Positions 18,401-28,685 of a stretch of 48,847 nucleotides of DNA are shown in pieces (the first letter of the stretch is position 1; every line of letters starts with the position of its first letter). The position numbers and the translations under genes are program-made. Where the stretch lies: the sequence record DRR378314_2181; one strand, written 5' to 3'. The notes beneath the pieces are model-generated. The model did not search any database. It saw only the letters and a list, made by a program, of their open reading frames with translations, and was not told where the DNA came from.

Positions 18401-20557
18401 ATGAAATCCTTTTTATCTGTTCTTCTTGCCAGTAGCTTTCTATACGTTCCAACCCTTTCGGCGCAGGTAACCACCCCCGTTCCAGAAGTTGATCTGCAAA
18501 AAGAAAGCATCTTCAATGCAGATGAAATTCAATATGACCAGACGACCGACACTGTCACCGCTTCCGGGAATGTTGAAATTGTTCAGGGTCAACGGGTTCT
18601 GAAAGCCGACCGGGTCATATACAGCGTCAATTCAGATACGGTTGAGGCGCAGGGAAACATTGTCCTGCTGGAGCCGTCTGGCGATGTCCTGTTTGCCGAT
18701 AACGTCACCCTTTCCAACGAACTCAAAACTGGTGCCATCCGGCAAATTCATATTCTTTTTACCGATCAATCAAGGCTTGCAGCAGCAACCGCGGTCAAGG
18801 AAAACGAAAACACCACCACCATGACCAAGGCGGTCTATAGTACCTGTCAGCTATGCGAAGATGACCCCGATGCCCCCCCGTTATGGCAGCTCAAATCTGC
18901 AAAAGTCGTGCATGACAAGGAAGACCAGCTCATTACCTATGAAGATACGGTGATGGAATTTTATGGGGTGCCCGTTTTCTATACCCCTTATTTCAGCCAT
19001 CCGGATCCAACCGTTAAGCGTAAAAGCGGTTTTCTGGCGCCTTCTGTGTTTGAAAGCTCTTACCTGGGATACGGGGCGACAGTCCCCTATTACTATGTCA
19101 TTTCTGAAGACAAAGACATGACCATCACGCCGATGATCACCAGCAGCGAAGGTTTGCAGGTCGCAACAGAATATCGCCAGGCGTTTGAAACCGGCGATAT
19201 GGTTCTGGATGCGTCTCTAACCTATGTGGATGAGCGCACCACAAGTAATGTGAAAACTGGCGATCAGGAATTTCAGGGTCATATTCGCGGCAATGGGGAG
19301 TTCGAATTTCGCCCGGACTGGGTCTGGGGTTTTGATGTATTTGCCACGACCAATGACACGTATCTGGATAAGTATGATATCAGCAATGAAGACACGCTGA
19401 CTTCAACGGCCTATTTACAGGGATTGCGGGGGCGAAATTATACCCGCTTCAGCGCCATCGCTTTTCAAGGGCTGGAAGAAGAGGATGACAGTGGGGACAC
19501 CCCATTGGTTCCGGGATGGCTGGAATATGCCTATGTGAGCGAGCCTAACAAATACGGAGCTCGCTACGATGTCAATCTGGACGGATTGATGCTGATCCGA
19601 ACAGCCGGTCAGGATACCAGCCGGCTATCTGCATCTGGAGGCTGGCATCTGCCCTACGTCACCCCAAGTGGCCAGCAGATTACTCTGGATGCGTCCATGC
19701 GCGGCGATGCCTATTATGCGCGTGATCAGCTGGATGATCCGTTCGATTCAACCAGCGATACCAGTGATAATTTCACCGGCCGGGTGATCCCGGCGATCTC
19801 TTTGAAATGGAGCTATCCGTTTGTCCGCGCGGCGGGCAATATGCGGCAAACGATCGAGCCGATTGTTGAAGCCGTCTGGTCGGAATCTTTTGGCAGTAAA
19901 AACACACCCAATGAAGACAGCCTGAGTTTTGAATTTGACGACACAAACCTTTTCGGCTTCAACCGATCGGCTGGTCTTGACCAGGTCGAAGAAGGCGCGC
20001 GCCTGAATTACGGTGTCAATTTCGGGTTCTATGGTGCCGAGGGTGGTTATACTTCCCTGTTGGTTGGACAAAGTGTTTACGAAAGCAGCGACACCGGATT
20101 TAGCGAAGGCAGTGGTCTTGAAAATCAGCTATCGGATTATGTCGCCCGTCTTGAAATCCAGCCCAATGAATATTTCAGTTACACCCAGCGGGTTCGAATT
20201 GATGAGGACGATTTAAGTCTGGCCCGGCATGAACTGGATCTGACGGTCGGAAGCCAATTTAACTGGCTGAGCGTTGGGTACCTGAATTTGAAGGATGATC
20301 AGTCCGATATTGGCATTGAAAGCCGGCATGAAATTTACACGGCTGGCCGGGTCAAGATGACTGACTTTTGGAGCAGTTACGCGGGTTATCGGCGGGATCT
20401 GGAAAATAACAACTCCATTGATGCCTTCCTGGGCTTTGAATATCTGGACGAATGCTTTGGGTTCGCACTTGAAGCCAAAAGAGAATTTACACGGGACAGG
20501 GATGTCGAGCCGGAAACCAAATTCAGTGTCAAAATCCGGCTTCTACCCTTCAATTAA
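18401..20557 (+). CDS. lptD: LPS assembly outer-membrane protein LptD
   Basis: Signal peptide, OstA-like N-terminus (ADEIQYD..ASGNV), YSTC, RKSGFLAP, YLDECF. Confidence 0.96.
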   Translation: MKSFLSVLLASSFLYVPTLSAQVTTPVPEVDLQKESIFNADEIQYDQTTDTVTASGNVEIVQGQRVLKADRVIYSVNSDTVEAQGNIVLLEPSGDVLFADNVTLSNELKTGAIRQIHILFTDQSRLAAATAVKENENTTTMTKAVYSTCQLCEDDPDAPPLWQLKSAKVVHDKEDQLITYEDTVMEFYGVPVFYTPYFSHPDPTVKRKSGFLAPSVFESSYLGYGATVPYYYVISEDKDMTITPMITSSEGLQVATEYRQAFETGDMVLDASLTYVDERTTSNVKTGDQEFQGHIRGNGEFEFRPDWVWGFDVFATTNDTYLDKYDISNEDTLTSTAYLQGLRGRNYTRFSAIAFQGLEEEDDSGDTPLVPGWLEYAYVSEPNKYGARYDVNLDGLMLIRTAGQDTSRLSASGGWHLPYVTPSGQQITLDASMRGDAYYARDQLDDPFDSTSDTSDNFTGRVIPAISLKWSYPFVRAAGNMRQTIEPIVEAVWSESFGSKNTPNEDSLSFEFDDTNLFGFNRSAGLDQVEEGARLNYGVNFGFYGAEGGYTSLLVGQSVYESSDTGFSEGSGLENQLSDYVARLEIQPNEYFSYTQRVRIDEDDLSLARHELDLTVGSQFNWLSVGYLNLKDDQSDIGIESRHEIYTAGRVKMTDFWSSYAGYRRDLENNNSIDAFLGFEYLDECFGFALEAKREFTRDRDVEPETKFSVKIRLLPFN

Positions 20558-20642
20558 ATGGAAAATATAACTATCTTCAAATGATCTATTCAGGTATCTG
20601 AAGACAGTGCTGACATTAGGACAATCGAACTTGAGACTTGTT

Positions 20643-21911
20643 ATGAAACGGATCCAACCTCTGCTCATCGGATTGCTGCTTTTTGTGGGAAGCTTTCTGC
20701 CATCCCAAATGGTCGCGGCGCAGGAAGTGCAGAAGATTGTCGCCATCGTCAATGATGACGTGATTTCCGGCTATGATGTTATTCAGCGGATCAACCTCAA
20801 TATTTTCATGGCGGGACTGCCGGCCAATAACCAGACCCGTCAGCGACTTGTCCCCACCGTGATCCGCACCCTGATCGATGACCAGCTCAAAATGCAGGAA
20901 GCCAAGCGGCTGAACACAGAGCCGACAGATGCCGAAATCAACGCTGCGATCGAAAATTTTGAAAAACGCCTCAAAATTAGACCCGGCCAGTTTGAAGGCG
21001 CCCTGAACTCCGTTCGGGTTGATCCGGAAACAGTCGTTCATCAGATCCGGGCCGCTTTGGGTTGGGACAAACTGATCCGGCGACGCATTGTCCCGCGGAT
21101 AAATGTGACTGAGGCCGAGATCAAGGCCATGCAGGATCGACTGCAGGCCAACAAAGGCAAAAACGAATATATGCTGCGGGAAATCTTCCTGCCCATAGCC
21201 GTTCAGTCTGAAGAACCGGATGTGCGAAAGACAGCCGAAGATCTGTCTGACAAGCTGCAGGCCGGTGCCGATTTCAGCCGGGTTGCAAGCCAGTTCAGTG
21301 ATGGACCAACAGCCGCCAAGGGCGGGATTGTCGGCTGGCAAATGGCCAGCGAAATGCCAACCTCTATTGCGCAGGCGGTGGTCAGTATGGGAGACGGTGA
21401 TGTATCCGATCCAGTGCGTACCAGTGACGGCTACTATCTGGTGAAAGTGGAGCAGATGCGCAAGATCCTTGAAGATTCCGGGAGCGATGCTGTAATGGAC
21501 CTCGGGCAACTGGTTCTCCCGATTAAAGCTGCCCAAAGCGCCAGTGGTACCGATAGTCAGTTGAAACTGGCCCAGTCTTTGAGCAGCTTTGTTGATAGCT
21601 GTGACTATATTGACGAACTCTATAATGAGCTGATGAACGCAGAGTCCGGCCGTATGGGACAGGTTCAGCTCAGCAAGTTACCAGATCATATTCAGGAACT
21701 GGTCGCTGATCTGGAAAAAGGACAAGCCAGTCAGCCCTACGAAGACAAAGACGTGTATCGGATCTTTGTGGTTTGTGATCGCATTGATCGCAACCATCAA
21801 GGCGATTCAGAGGAGTCTATTCGTCAGGCCATCGGCAACGAACGTATTGAATCTCGTGCCCGTCGGTACTTGAACGATCTCCGCCGCGAAGCGTCTATTG
21901 AATCTCGCTGA
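20643..21911 (+). CDS. surA: SurA-like periplasmic chaperone/PPIase
   Basis: IVAIVNDDVIS, parvulin motif FSRVASQFSD..GG, C-terminal YLNDLRREASIE; lptD-surA-pdxA-rsmA synteny. Confidence 0.92.
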   Translation: MKRIQPLLIGLLLFVGSFLPSQMVAAQEVQKIVAIVNDDVISGYDVIQRINLNIFMAGLPANNQTRQRLVPTVIRTLIDDQLKMQEAKRLNTEPTDAEINAAIENFEKRLKIRPGQFEGALNSVRVDPETVVHQIRAALGWDKLIRRRIVPRINVTEAEIKAMQDRLQANKGKNEYMLREIFLPIAVQSEEPDVRKTAEDLSDKLQAGADFSRVASQFSDGPTAAKGGIVGWQMASEMPTSIAQAVVSMGDGDVSDPVRTSDGYYLVKVEQMRKILEDSGSDAVMDLGQLVLPIKAAQSASGTDSQLKLAQSLSSFVDSCDYIDELYNELMNAESGRMGQVQLSKLPDHIQELVADLEKGQASQPYEDKDVYRIFVVCDRIDRNHQGDSEESIRQAIGNERIESRARRYLNDLRREASIESR

Positions 21912-21935
21912 TTATCGAAGAAGAAACATAGGATC

Positions 21936-22913
21936 ATGGCCCAACCGACACTTCTGGTAAGCATGGGAGACCCTGCCGGGATCGGGATTGAAATCACCCT
22001 TCGCGCCTGGCAAGAGCGCCAGCGCCATGCTTTGGCGCCCTTTGTGCTGGTTGGGGATCAAGTCCTGATCGAGAAGCGGGCAGCCGATATCGGGATCGAG
22101 CCACATTTTTCTGCCATTACAGATATCGGGCAATATGACCCGCAGTCTGAACATCTGACGATCCTTGATCCGCAATCGGGGACATCGCCTGCTGAAAAGA
22201 CCCTGGCGGCGATTGATCTGCCGGTACAGCTCTGCCTGAGCGGACAGGCGCATGCCCTGATCACCAACCCGATCCAGAAAAAACGTCTTTATGATGCGGG
22301 ATTTACCCACCCTGGCCACACCGAATATCTGGCGCATCTGACCCAGTCGCCAACGGCTGCTGTCATGATGCTCGCTTGCCCGGCGCTCAAAGTGGTTCCG
22401 GCCACCATTCACATTCCACTGAATAAGGTGGCTCAGTCCCTCACCCGCGATCATCTGACACAGGTTATTCGCACAACCCATCAGGATCTTAAAACCCGGT
22501 TCGGGATTTCAAATCCAACCCTGGTGGTTGCCGGACTGAACCCGCATGCGGGCGAAAGCGGCAGTATCGGCCACGAAGAAGTAGACGTCATCGCACCGGT
22601 AATCGAGCATTTGAAATCTGAAGGTCTTGCCGTCACCGGACCTTATCCTGCCGACAGCCTGTTTCACGAACGGATGCGCCAAACCTTTGATGCTGCCATT
22701 TGCATGTATCATGATCAGGCGCTGATCCCGATTAAGACCATCGACTTTGATCGGGGTGTTAATGTGACGCTGGGTTTGCCAATTATCCGAACCTCCCCCG
22801 ATCATGGGACGGCGGAGGATATCGCCGGGATGGGGATCGCCAATCCGGCCAGCCTGATCGAAGCAATCCGATTGGCCGCCGAAATGGCACGGGCCTCAGG
22901 ATCTTTCTCATGA
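21936..22913 (+). CDS. pdxA: 4-hydroxythreonine-4-phosphate dehydrogenase
   Basis: MGDPAGIG, GHTEYLA, GLNPHAGE, MYHDQ, RTSPDHGTA. Confidence 0.98.
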   Translation: MAQPTLLVSMGDPAGIGIEITLRAWQERQRHALAPFVLVGDQVLIEKRAADIGIEPHFSAITDIGQYDPQSEHLTILDPQSGTSPAEKTLAAIDLPVQLCLSGQAHALITNPIQKKRLYDAGFTHPGHTEYLAHLTQSPTAAVMMLACPALKVVPATIHIPLNKVAQSLTRDHLTQVIRTTHQDLKTRFGISNPTLVVAGLNPHAGESGSIGHEEVDVIAPVIEHLKSEGLAVTGPYPADSLFHERMRQTFDAAICMYHDQALIPIKTIDFDRGVNVTLGLPIIRTSPDHGTAEDIAGMGIANPASLIEAIRLAAEMARASGSFS

Positions 22914-23746
22914 CAGATGGATCCTCCCTTCCCCCGCTGCGTGATGTCATTAATAACTATGGCTTGCGGGCTGAAAAATCGCTAGGTCAGAATTTCCTGC
23001 TGGATCTGAACCTGACCGGACGGATTGCCCGCTGCCCCGGATCGCTCGAAGGGGAAACGGTTCTGGAGATTGGCCCCGGCCCCGGTGGCCTGACCCGCGC
23101 AATTTTGGCCAGTGGTGTCGCCCACCTATATGCTATTGAAAAAGACACCCGCTGCCTGGCCCCACTTGCCGATGTGGCCACAGCTTTTGACGGGCGGTTA
23201 AGTGTGTTTAATGAGGATGCCCTGGGGGTTGATGAAGCAACCCTGCTTCCCGAAAAGGCACATATCATTGCCAACCTGCCCTATAACGTTGCAACGCCTT
23301 TGTTGATCAAATGGCTGAAAAAGCGCGAACTTTTCAAATCCATGACCCTGATGTTTCAAAAGGAAGTTGGGGACAGGATAGTTGCTACACCCCGGACCAA
23401 AGCCTATGGACGGCTTTCAATCCTGTGTCAGTGGTTATGCAACGTCTCGCGGCAGTTTGATATTTCACCGCAAGCCTTCACTCCGCCACCAAAAGTCACC
23501 AGCACGGTGATCAAGCTGATCCCCAAAGACGTGCCTGATTATCCAGCAGATCTGGAAACCCTTGAAAAGGTGGTTGCTGCCGCGTTTGGCCACCGCCGCA
23601 AAATGCTCCGCGCCAGTTTAAAATCACTCGGCATTAAACCAGAGGCTATTCTGCAAGCGGCAAATATTGAACCGACCCGCCGGGCTGAAGAGCTGACGGT
23701 TGAGGAATTCTGCAAATTATCTGAAGCGTATCGCCTGGCTCAATAA
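22910..23746 (+). CDS. rsmA: 16S rRNA adenine dimethyltransferase (KsgA)
   Basis: KSLGQNFL, EIGPGPGGLT, ANLPYNV, QKEV, FTPPPKV. Confidence 0.98.
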   Translation: MTDGSSLPPLRDVINNYGLRAEKSLGQNFLLDLNLTGRIARCPGSLEGETVLEIGPGPGGLTRAILASGVAHLYAIEKDTRCLAPLADVATAFDGRLSVFNEDALGVDEATLLPEKAHIIANLPYNVATPLLIKWLKKRELFKSMTLMFQKEVGDRIVATPRTKAYGRLSILCQWLCNVSRQFDISPQAFTPPPKVTSTVIKLIPKDVPDYPADLETLEKVVAAAFGHRRKMLRASLKSLGIKPEAILQAANIEPTRRAEELTVEEFCKLSEAYRLAQ

Positions 23747-24393
23747 CCTTCGGTCAGGCTTTTGACGAAATTCAATAGACCCGGCCGGCGGAACCGGCGG
23801 ACCCGTTCGGCATGCAGGATGGCCCGAACTTCGGCAATACAGTGGTCCATATTGTCATTGACCACCACATAGTCATATTCCGCCCAATGGCTGATTTCCT
23901 CTGCGGCTTTGGACATACGCTGGGCAACAACTTCATCACTATCCTGCGCCCGCGACTTCAACCGTTTTTCAAGCGCCTGTGTCGACGGTGGCAAGACAAA
24001 GATGCTGACCAGATCATCACCCGCTTTTTGCGCCAGTTGCTGGGTCCCCTGCCAGTCGATATCAAACAGGATGTCTTTGCCCTCTGCCAGCGCCTCGTTC
24101 ACCGGGGTGGCAGGCGTGCCGTAATAATTGCCAAAAACTTTGGCATGTTCCAGCAATTCATCCCGATTGATCAGCAAATTGAAATCCACCGGCTCCACAA
24201 AGAAATAGTCTTTGCCCTCGACCTCTCCCGGGCGGGATTTACGGGTCGTTGCAGAGACAGACATGGACAGATTGGTATCATCTTCCAGTAGGGCCTTGGA
24301 AATAGTTGTTTTCCCGGCGCCGGACGGAGATGACAGCACCAGCATCAATCCACGGCGGTCAATTTGAATACGTTCAGAAGGAGTTTCAGACAC
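23740..24393 (-). CDS. gmk: Guanylate kinase
   Basis: SSPSGAGKTT, SATTRKSRPGEVEGKDY, GNYYGT, DIDWQG. GTG at 24393 preferred. 3' end overlaps convergent rsmA by 7 nt. Confidence 0.98.
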   Translation of the reverse strand: MSETPSERIQIDRRGLMLVLSSPSGAGKTTISKALLEDDTNLSMSVSATTRKSRPGEVEGKDYFFVEPVDFNLLINRDELLEHAKVFGNYYGTPATPVNEALAEGKDILFDIDWQGTQQLAQKAGDDLVSIFVLPPSTQALEKRLKSRAQDSDEVVAQRMSKAAEEISHWAEYDYVVVNDNMDHCIAEVRAILHAERVRRFRRPGLLNFVKSLTEGY

Positions 24394-24622
24394 ACTTTTA
24401 CCCACAAATTTAGGAAAACAGACTTCTTTCAATTTAAGCCCCGATTATGTAGCAAATTTTTACCGTCGGCCCAAGCCATAGTACCAACTAAATTGCCGAC
24501 TAAACAGAAAAGCCCCGGAGCGATTGGCTTTTTGAATTTGATTTTACGTCAATCATACAATACTAATTTAATCAGTAGTCGGTAGTTTTCAGTCCCTCAT
24601 TAACCAACCCAAGGCACGTCCA

Positions 24623-25291
24623 TTGAAAACCCCTTCCACTCTCATCCCCATCGCCTCCATCCTGGTAGGTGCAGCCGCAACCTATTTTTATTTTAGCAAT
24701 GAAATGGCCCGCCTTCAGGAAGAATTGGAGCTGCTGGAAAACGCCCAGGTGATCAATTACGGGGTCCTATCCAGTGTTAATCGGGTTGAACTTGAAACCG
24801 CCACCACTTCCTTCAATTGCAAATACACTGACACGCAGGGTATCGGGAAAGGGACAATCCGATACTTTTGGGATTTCGAACATGCCTATGGGGTGGATGT
24901 TCCCTCAAGCTACAAATGGAACCTTAAAGAGCTGGAAGATGGAACGGCTGAAATTAACGTCCCGCCATTGGTCCAACTGCGCCCGGTAAAGGTTGAGTTT
25001 TCAGACTTTGATGAGAGCAATCAAGCCAGCGGCAACCGTTGGGAACGCATGTACCGCCATGTGGTCACCAAAGCCAAGGAGCGAACTGTCCTGGCTGGAA
25101 ATTCCCGATTGGATTCAGATTCAAACCTGTGGATTGACGCGGAACAGTCCATGGTCAATCTGCTTCTGCCACTCATCAATCAGGTGCGCAACCAGCATGA
25201 CATGGAGCCGCTAACCGCTTTGCGGGTCAAGTTTGATGGCAAACCCAATGCGATCAACGGAAAGCTTTATCGAGGCTCTCACAGCTGTTAG
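24623..25291 (+). CDS. Hypothetical membrane-anchored protein, possibly DUF4230-like
   Basis: TTG start after AAGG; N-terminal TM, short coiled coil, then LETATT...AYGVD...INVPP, which resembles DUF4230 by eye only. Confidence 0.65.
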   Translation: MKTPSTLIPIASILVGAAATYFYFSNEMARLQEELELLENAQVINYGVLSSVNRVELETATTSFNCKYTDTQGIGKGTIRYFWDFEHAYGVDVPSSYKWNLKELEDGTAEINVPPLVQLRPVKVEFSDFDESNQASGNRWERMYRHVVTKAKERTVLAGNSRLDSDSNLWIDAEQSMVNLLLPLINQVRNQHDMEPLTALRVKFDGKPNAINGKLYRGSHSC

Positions 25292-25303
25292 CTCCGCCTC
25301 AAA

Positions 25304-26200
25304 CTATTCGATATTCTGTACCTGCTCACGGAAACGATCAATAATGACTTTCAAATCCAGACCGATCTGGGTCAATTCTTTGTCATTGGATTTGGAACAA
25401 AACGTATTGGTTTCCCGGTTAAATTCCTGACAAATAAAATCAAGTCTACGCCCGACGGCTTCATCCGTACGCGCATTCAGCACCTCTGTCGCGGTGGTGA
25501 TATGGCTGGCCAGTCGATCCAGTTCTTCAGAAATATCGGCTTTGGTCGCCAGGATCGCAAGTTCCTGCTCAATCCGCTCCTCATCAGCAGTGCCGCTATT
25601 GCCCAACAACAGTTCCATCTGCTTGGCAATCCGCTCCTTCACCGCATCCGGCCGCAAAGAGGCGACAGACAATGCTTTTTCCGTCAGACTTTTAATTTCT
25701 GCAAGCTGCGCGCTCAAGACCGGGGCCAGTTGCCCGCCCTCTTCAAGTCGTGCTGATTTCAGCTTTGCAACCGCTTCTTTAAAGGAAGTGATTAACGCCG
25801 CTTCAAGGGATGAGCGCTCTTTTTCATCGGGCAGCGCTTTATCCAAAGGTTCAATCACCCCTTTCAAGCCCAAAAGTCCGTCAATGCGGGGGGATTTCAC
25901 ACCAGCAAGCCCTGCCTTCTCCTGGGAGAGCGCAATCAACTCATTCAGGAATTCCTTGTTGATCTGATAGTCCGCTTTGGTGCCCTGATGATGAAGCTGT
26001 AAATGAAAATTCACACTTCCCCGGTGCAGTTCAGCCTTCAGGATTTTTCGCGCAGCCTCTTCAACCGCATCATACCCCAGCGGCAAGCGGTTTCGGATTT
26101 CCAGGCCGCGCCCATTGACGCTTTTCAGCTCCCATAGCCAGGAATAGTCTTCGTGATTTCCATTTGTCCGGGCAAACCCGGTCATGCTTTGTAAGGACAA
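25304..26200 (-). CDS. yicC: YicC/YloC family endoribonuclease
   Basis: SMTGFA, ELKSVNGRGL, DISEELDRL, GRRLDFICQEFNRETNT, REQVQNIE. TTG at 26200 follows AAGAGG. Confidence 0.97.
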   Translation of the reverse strand: MSLQSMTGFARTNGNHEDYSWLWELKSVNGRGLEIRNRLPLGYDAVEEAARKILKAELHRGSVNFHLQLHHQGTKADYQINKEFLNELIALSQEKAGLAGVKSPRIDGLLGLKGVIEPLDKALPDEKERSSLEAALITSFKEAVAKLKSARLEEGGQLAPVLSAQLAEIKSLTEKALSVASLRPDAVKERIAKQMELLLGNSGTADEERIEQELAILATKADISEELDRLASHITTATEVLNARTDEAVGRRLDFICQEFNRETNTFCSKSNDKELTQIGLDLKVIIDRFREQVQNIE

Positions 26201-26277
26201 CGCCAGCCTCTTGCTCAAAAAGTTAAGATCCCTTTGTATATCGGTAAATCCCGATTTTCACAAGCGATCCCCTGCGG

Positions 26278-27609
26278 CTATTGGCTTTTACGGTGCAACC
26301 AGATATGGAGCAATCCGCCGCCCAAAAGTCCGAGCAGATAAGACAGAAGATTGCCGAGAAAACTCATCAACACGCTATCCAGATCCAGCAGGAACCAGAT
26401 AACCAAATACGGCACCAGCGCCAGCAATCCACCGACAATCGAAATAACTCCGCCGCCGATCAGACTTCCTTTTTCATATTGCCCTTTTCGGGCCATCAGC
26501 GCGGCGCTGACTGCCTGAACCGTCAACGCACCAGATAGCCCCCAGACAAACGCAACCAGTCCGGCGAACAAACTCTTCAAATTGACTGCCAAAGCTGGCT
26601 CCAGCGATTGCTCTGCCACCAGTTGTAACAACATAAGCAAGGGCATCAGCACCAGAACGAGAACGGCAATCGTGAACGGTAAAAAGAACAGAAGCGGTAT
26701 GCTGCCCCCGCTTTGGGAAAGCGTTTCCCCCGTGACCCGACTGGCCGGATAGGTTTTGGCTACCACATTGCGATAGGCATCTTTCAGTTTCTCCAGCGCC
26801 TCATTTCTCAGCGCCTCTTCGGGGAGCGCTTCAACCTGCTGTATTGCTGCGTCAAGCTGGTTGAGGAGCTGATTACCTGCAGCAGAAGGGTGATGTAAAA
26901 AAAAACCTGCCAGCAAAATGGCGTGATGTAGCAGATCTTTTGTATGACTGGCCGGTGGCAGGCCTGGCCCACCCGATGGATCACCAGGTTTATCCGGCGC
27001 TATTGCCTCAGTCCCAACGGACGTTGAAGTGGCTCTGTCCTCATCAGGCTCTGTCGCGGGCAGCTCATCTTTGGTGGTGAGGATTAATGGCTTTTCCGCC
27101 GCCTCTGCAGCAGGTTTTTCATCTGCCGCCTCATTGCTGACCCCTTTTTGTTGAGATCGAAGCGGGGTTACTGGCAACGTCAGCACCGGATCAAACCGGC
27201 TGACCTCTGGTGGCCGGGATGGTTTCTCAACCGGTTCGGGCATAGCTGGTTGATCGGCTTCCTCTATATCGGCTGCGGATACCACGGCTCCAGCCGATGA
27301 GGATGGCGCCGTCCCTTCCCGGTTATCTGAGACATCCGGATCTGGAGCCGTTTCAGAAGAGGTCGATTGCGGGCTCGCTGCATAAAGCGGACTGATCAAC
27401 TTCGGTTGATCAGAGGATGTGCCCGTGTCTTTGTCCTTCTCAGATTTTGACGCTACCTGCTCAGATATCGGGTTGAGGTTGGATTGATTTGCATAACTAT
27501 TGGCCTTCGCATGGAGGTTATTTATTTCCTCACGAAGTTCCTGAAGACAGTCACGTAACTGCCTGCGTTGAAATAATAAAGTTTGAATGGAGTCGCTTGT
27601 TCCGGCCAT
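26278..27609 (-). CDS. Hypothetical protein: N-terminal coiled coil, long Pro/Ser/Ala/Glu-rich linker, helical domain, about 4 C-terminal TM helices
   Basis: ATG at 27609 with GAGG Shine-Dalgarno avoids overlap with mltG; 443 aa; no family recognised. Confidence 0.8.
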   Translation of the reverse strand: MAGTSDSIQTLLFQRRQLRDCLQELREEINNLHAKANSYANQSNLNPISEQVASKSEKDKDTGTSSDQPKLISPLYAASPQSTSSETAPDPDVSDNREGTAPSSSAGAVVSAADIEEADQPAMPEPVEKPSRPPEVSRFDPVLTLPVTPLRSQQKGVSNEAADEKPAAEAAEKPLILTTKDELPATEPDEDRATSTSVGTEAIAPDKPGDPSGGPGLPPASHTKDLLHHAILLAGFFLHHPSAAGNQLLNQLDAAIQQVEALPEEALRNEALEKLKDAYRNVVAKTYPASRVTGETLSQSGGSIPLLFFLPFTIAVLVLVLMPLLMLLQLVAEQSLEPALAVNLKSLFAGLVAFVWGLSGALTVQAVSAALMARKGQYEKGSLIGGGVISIVGGLLALVPYLVIWFLLDLDSVLMSFLGNLLSYLLGLLGGGLLHIWLHRKSQ

Positions 27610-27683
27610 GATCCCTCGAACATTCTTGTACCTACCTGCCTTGATGACGGTTGCGGGCAGATTTTGTACCAGGGAAAATGGGA

Positions 27684-28670
27684 TTAGTTGTTTTTGCGGT
27701 CTTTCATCAGCTTCCGCCATTTGCGAACATTACGATTATGCTCTTTCAGGGTGCGGGCGAAAATATGCCCGCCATCCCCGCTTGCGACGAAATAAAGATC
27801 CTTGGTCTGCAAGGGATTTAGAACAGCTTTCAAACTATCAAGACCCGGATTGCAGATGGGACCGACGGGCAAGCCATCTCGTGTATATGTATTATAGTCA
27901 TTCACTGCGGCCAGATCCGACTTGGAAATAGGACGGCCCAGTTCCTTTTGGCCTTGTGTCACCCCGTAAATAACCGTTGGATCCGACTGCAACCGCATGG
28001 GGCGGTCCAGCCGGTTTAGAAATACACTCGCCACATGGGGGCGTTCACTGGCTAGTCCTGTTTCCTTCTCAACGATAGAGGCAAGGATCACCAGATCTTT
28101 TGTGCTTTTGATATGCGGTGTTGGTCCATTGGCCTTCCATAAAGCATCCACTTCCCGCTCAAAGGTCTGCTTCATTCGCTGGATCAGGCTGTCACGGCTA
28201 TCCCCCCGAAGGAAATGATAGGTCTCTGGAAGGATCGATCCTTCCGGCAGGGATTCAGTGACGTCACCTGTTAAAATATCTGAGGCCTGGATCAAGGCCA
28301 ACACTTCCCGGCTTTGCAGACCTTCAGGAATTGTCAGGCCGTGGGTAATGGATTTTCCGCTGACCAGCAGCGCGGCAACCTCTTCGCCGGTCATCCCCGG
28401 TTTAAACGCATATTCCCCAGCTTTGAGCTGTTTCTCCAGCGATTGAATACGCACCCCAAGAATAAAGGCCAGTTGGTTGGGAATGATGTTTTCATCTTCC
28501 AGATAGGCCGCAATCTGGCGCAGACCCGATCCTTTTTTAAGGATCAGGATCTTCTCTTGCATCAGCGGACCTGGATTTTGGTATAAATTCCATCCATAAC
28601 CAATTAACCCTGCAATTGCTGCGTTAAACAGCAAGAACAGGGCAATCAGAAAAATCAGGAATTTTTTCAT
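27684..28670 (-). CDS. mltG: Endolytic transglycosylase MltG (YceG)
   Basis: LKAGEY, TIPEG, LASIVEKE, RLQSDPTV, NPG, LYFVA; downstream of fabF. Confidence 0.97.
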   Translation of the reverse strand: MKKFLIFLIALFLLFNAAIAGLIGYGWNLYQNPGPLMQEKILILKKGSGLRQIAAYLEDENIIPNQLAFILGVRIQSLEKQLKAGEYAFKPGMTGEEVAALLVSGKSITHGLTIPEGLQSREVLALIQASDILTGDVTESLPEGSILPETYHFLRGDSRDSLIQRMKQTFEREVDALWKANGPTPHIKSTKDLVILASIVEKETGLASERPHVASVFLNRLDRPMRLQSDPTVIYGVTQGQKELGRPISKSDLAAVNDYNTYTRDGLPVGPICNPGLDSLKAVLNPLQTKDLYFVASGDGGHIFARTLKEHNRNVRKWRKLMKDRKNN

Positions 28671-28685
28671 GGTCTGTGGGCGGTA

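Noticed and set aside
20616-21536. 306-aa - strand ORF
   Set aside because: Shadow of surA.
26897-26905. A9 homopolymer as a phase-variation tract
   Set aside because: Frame is intact (Gly-Phe-Phe-Leu) and the tract is short; no evidence without read data.
27610-27720. N-terminal extension of the hypothetical gene overlapping mltG
   Set aside because: ATG at 27609 has a proper Shine-Dalgarno and avoids the overlap.
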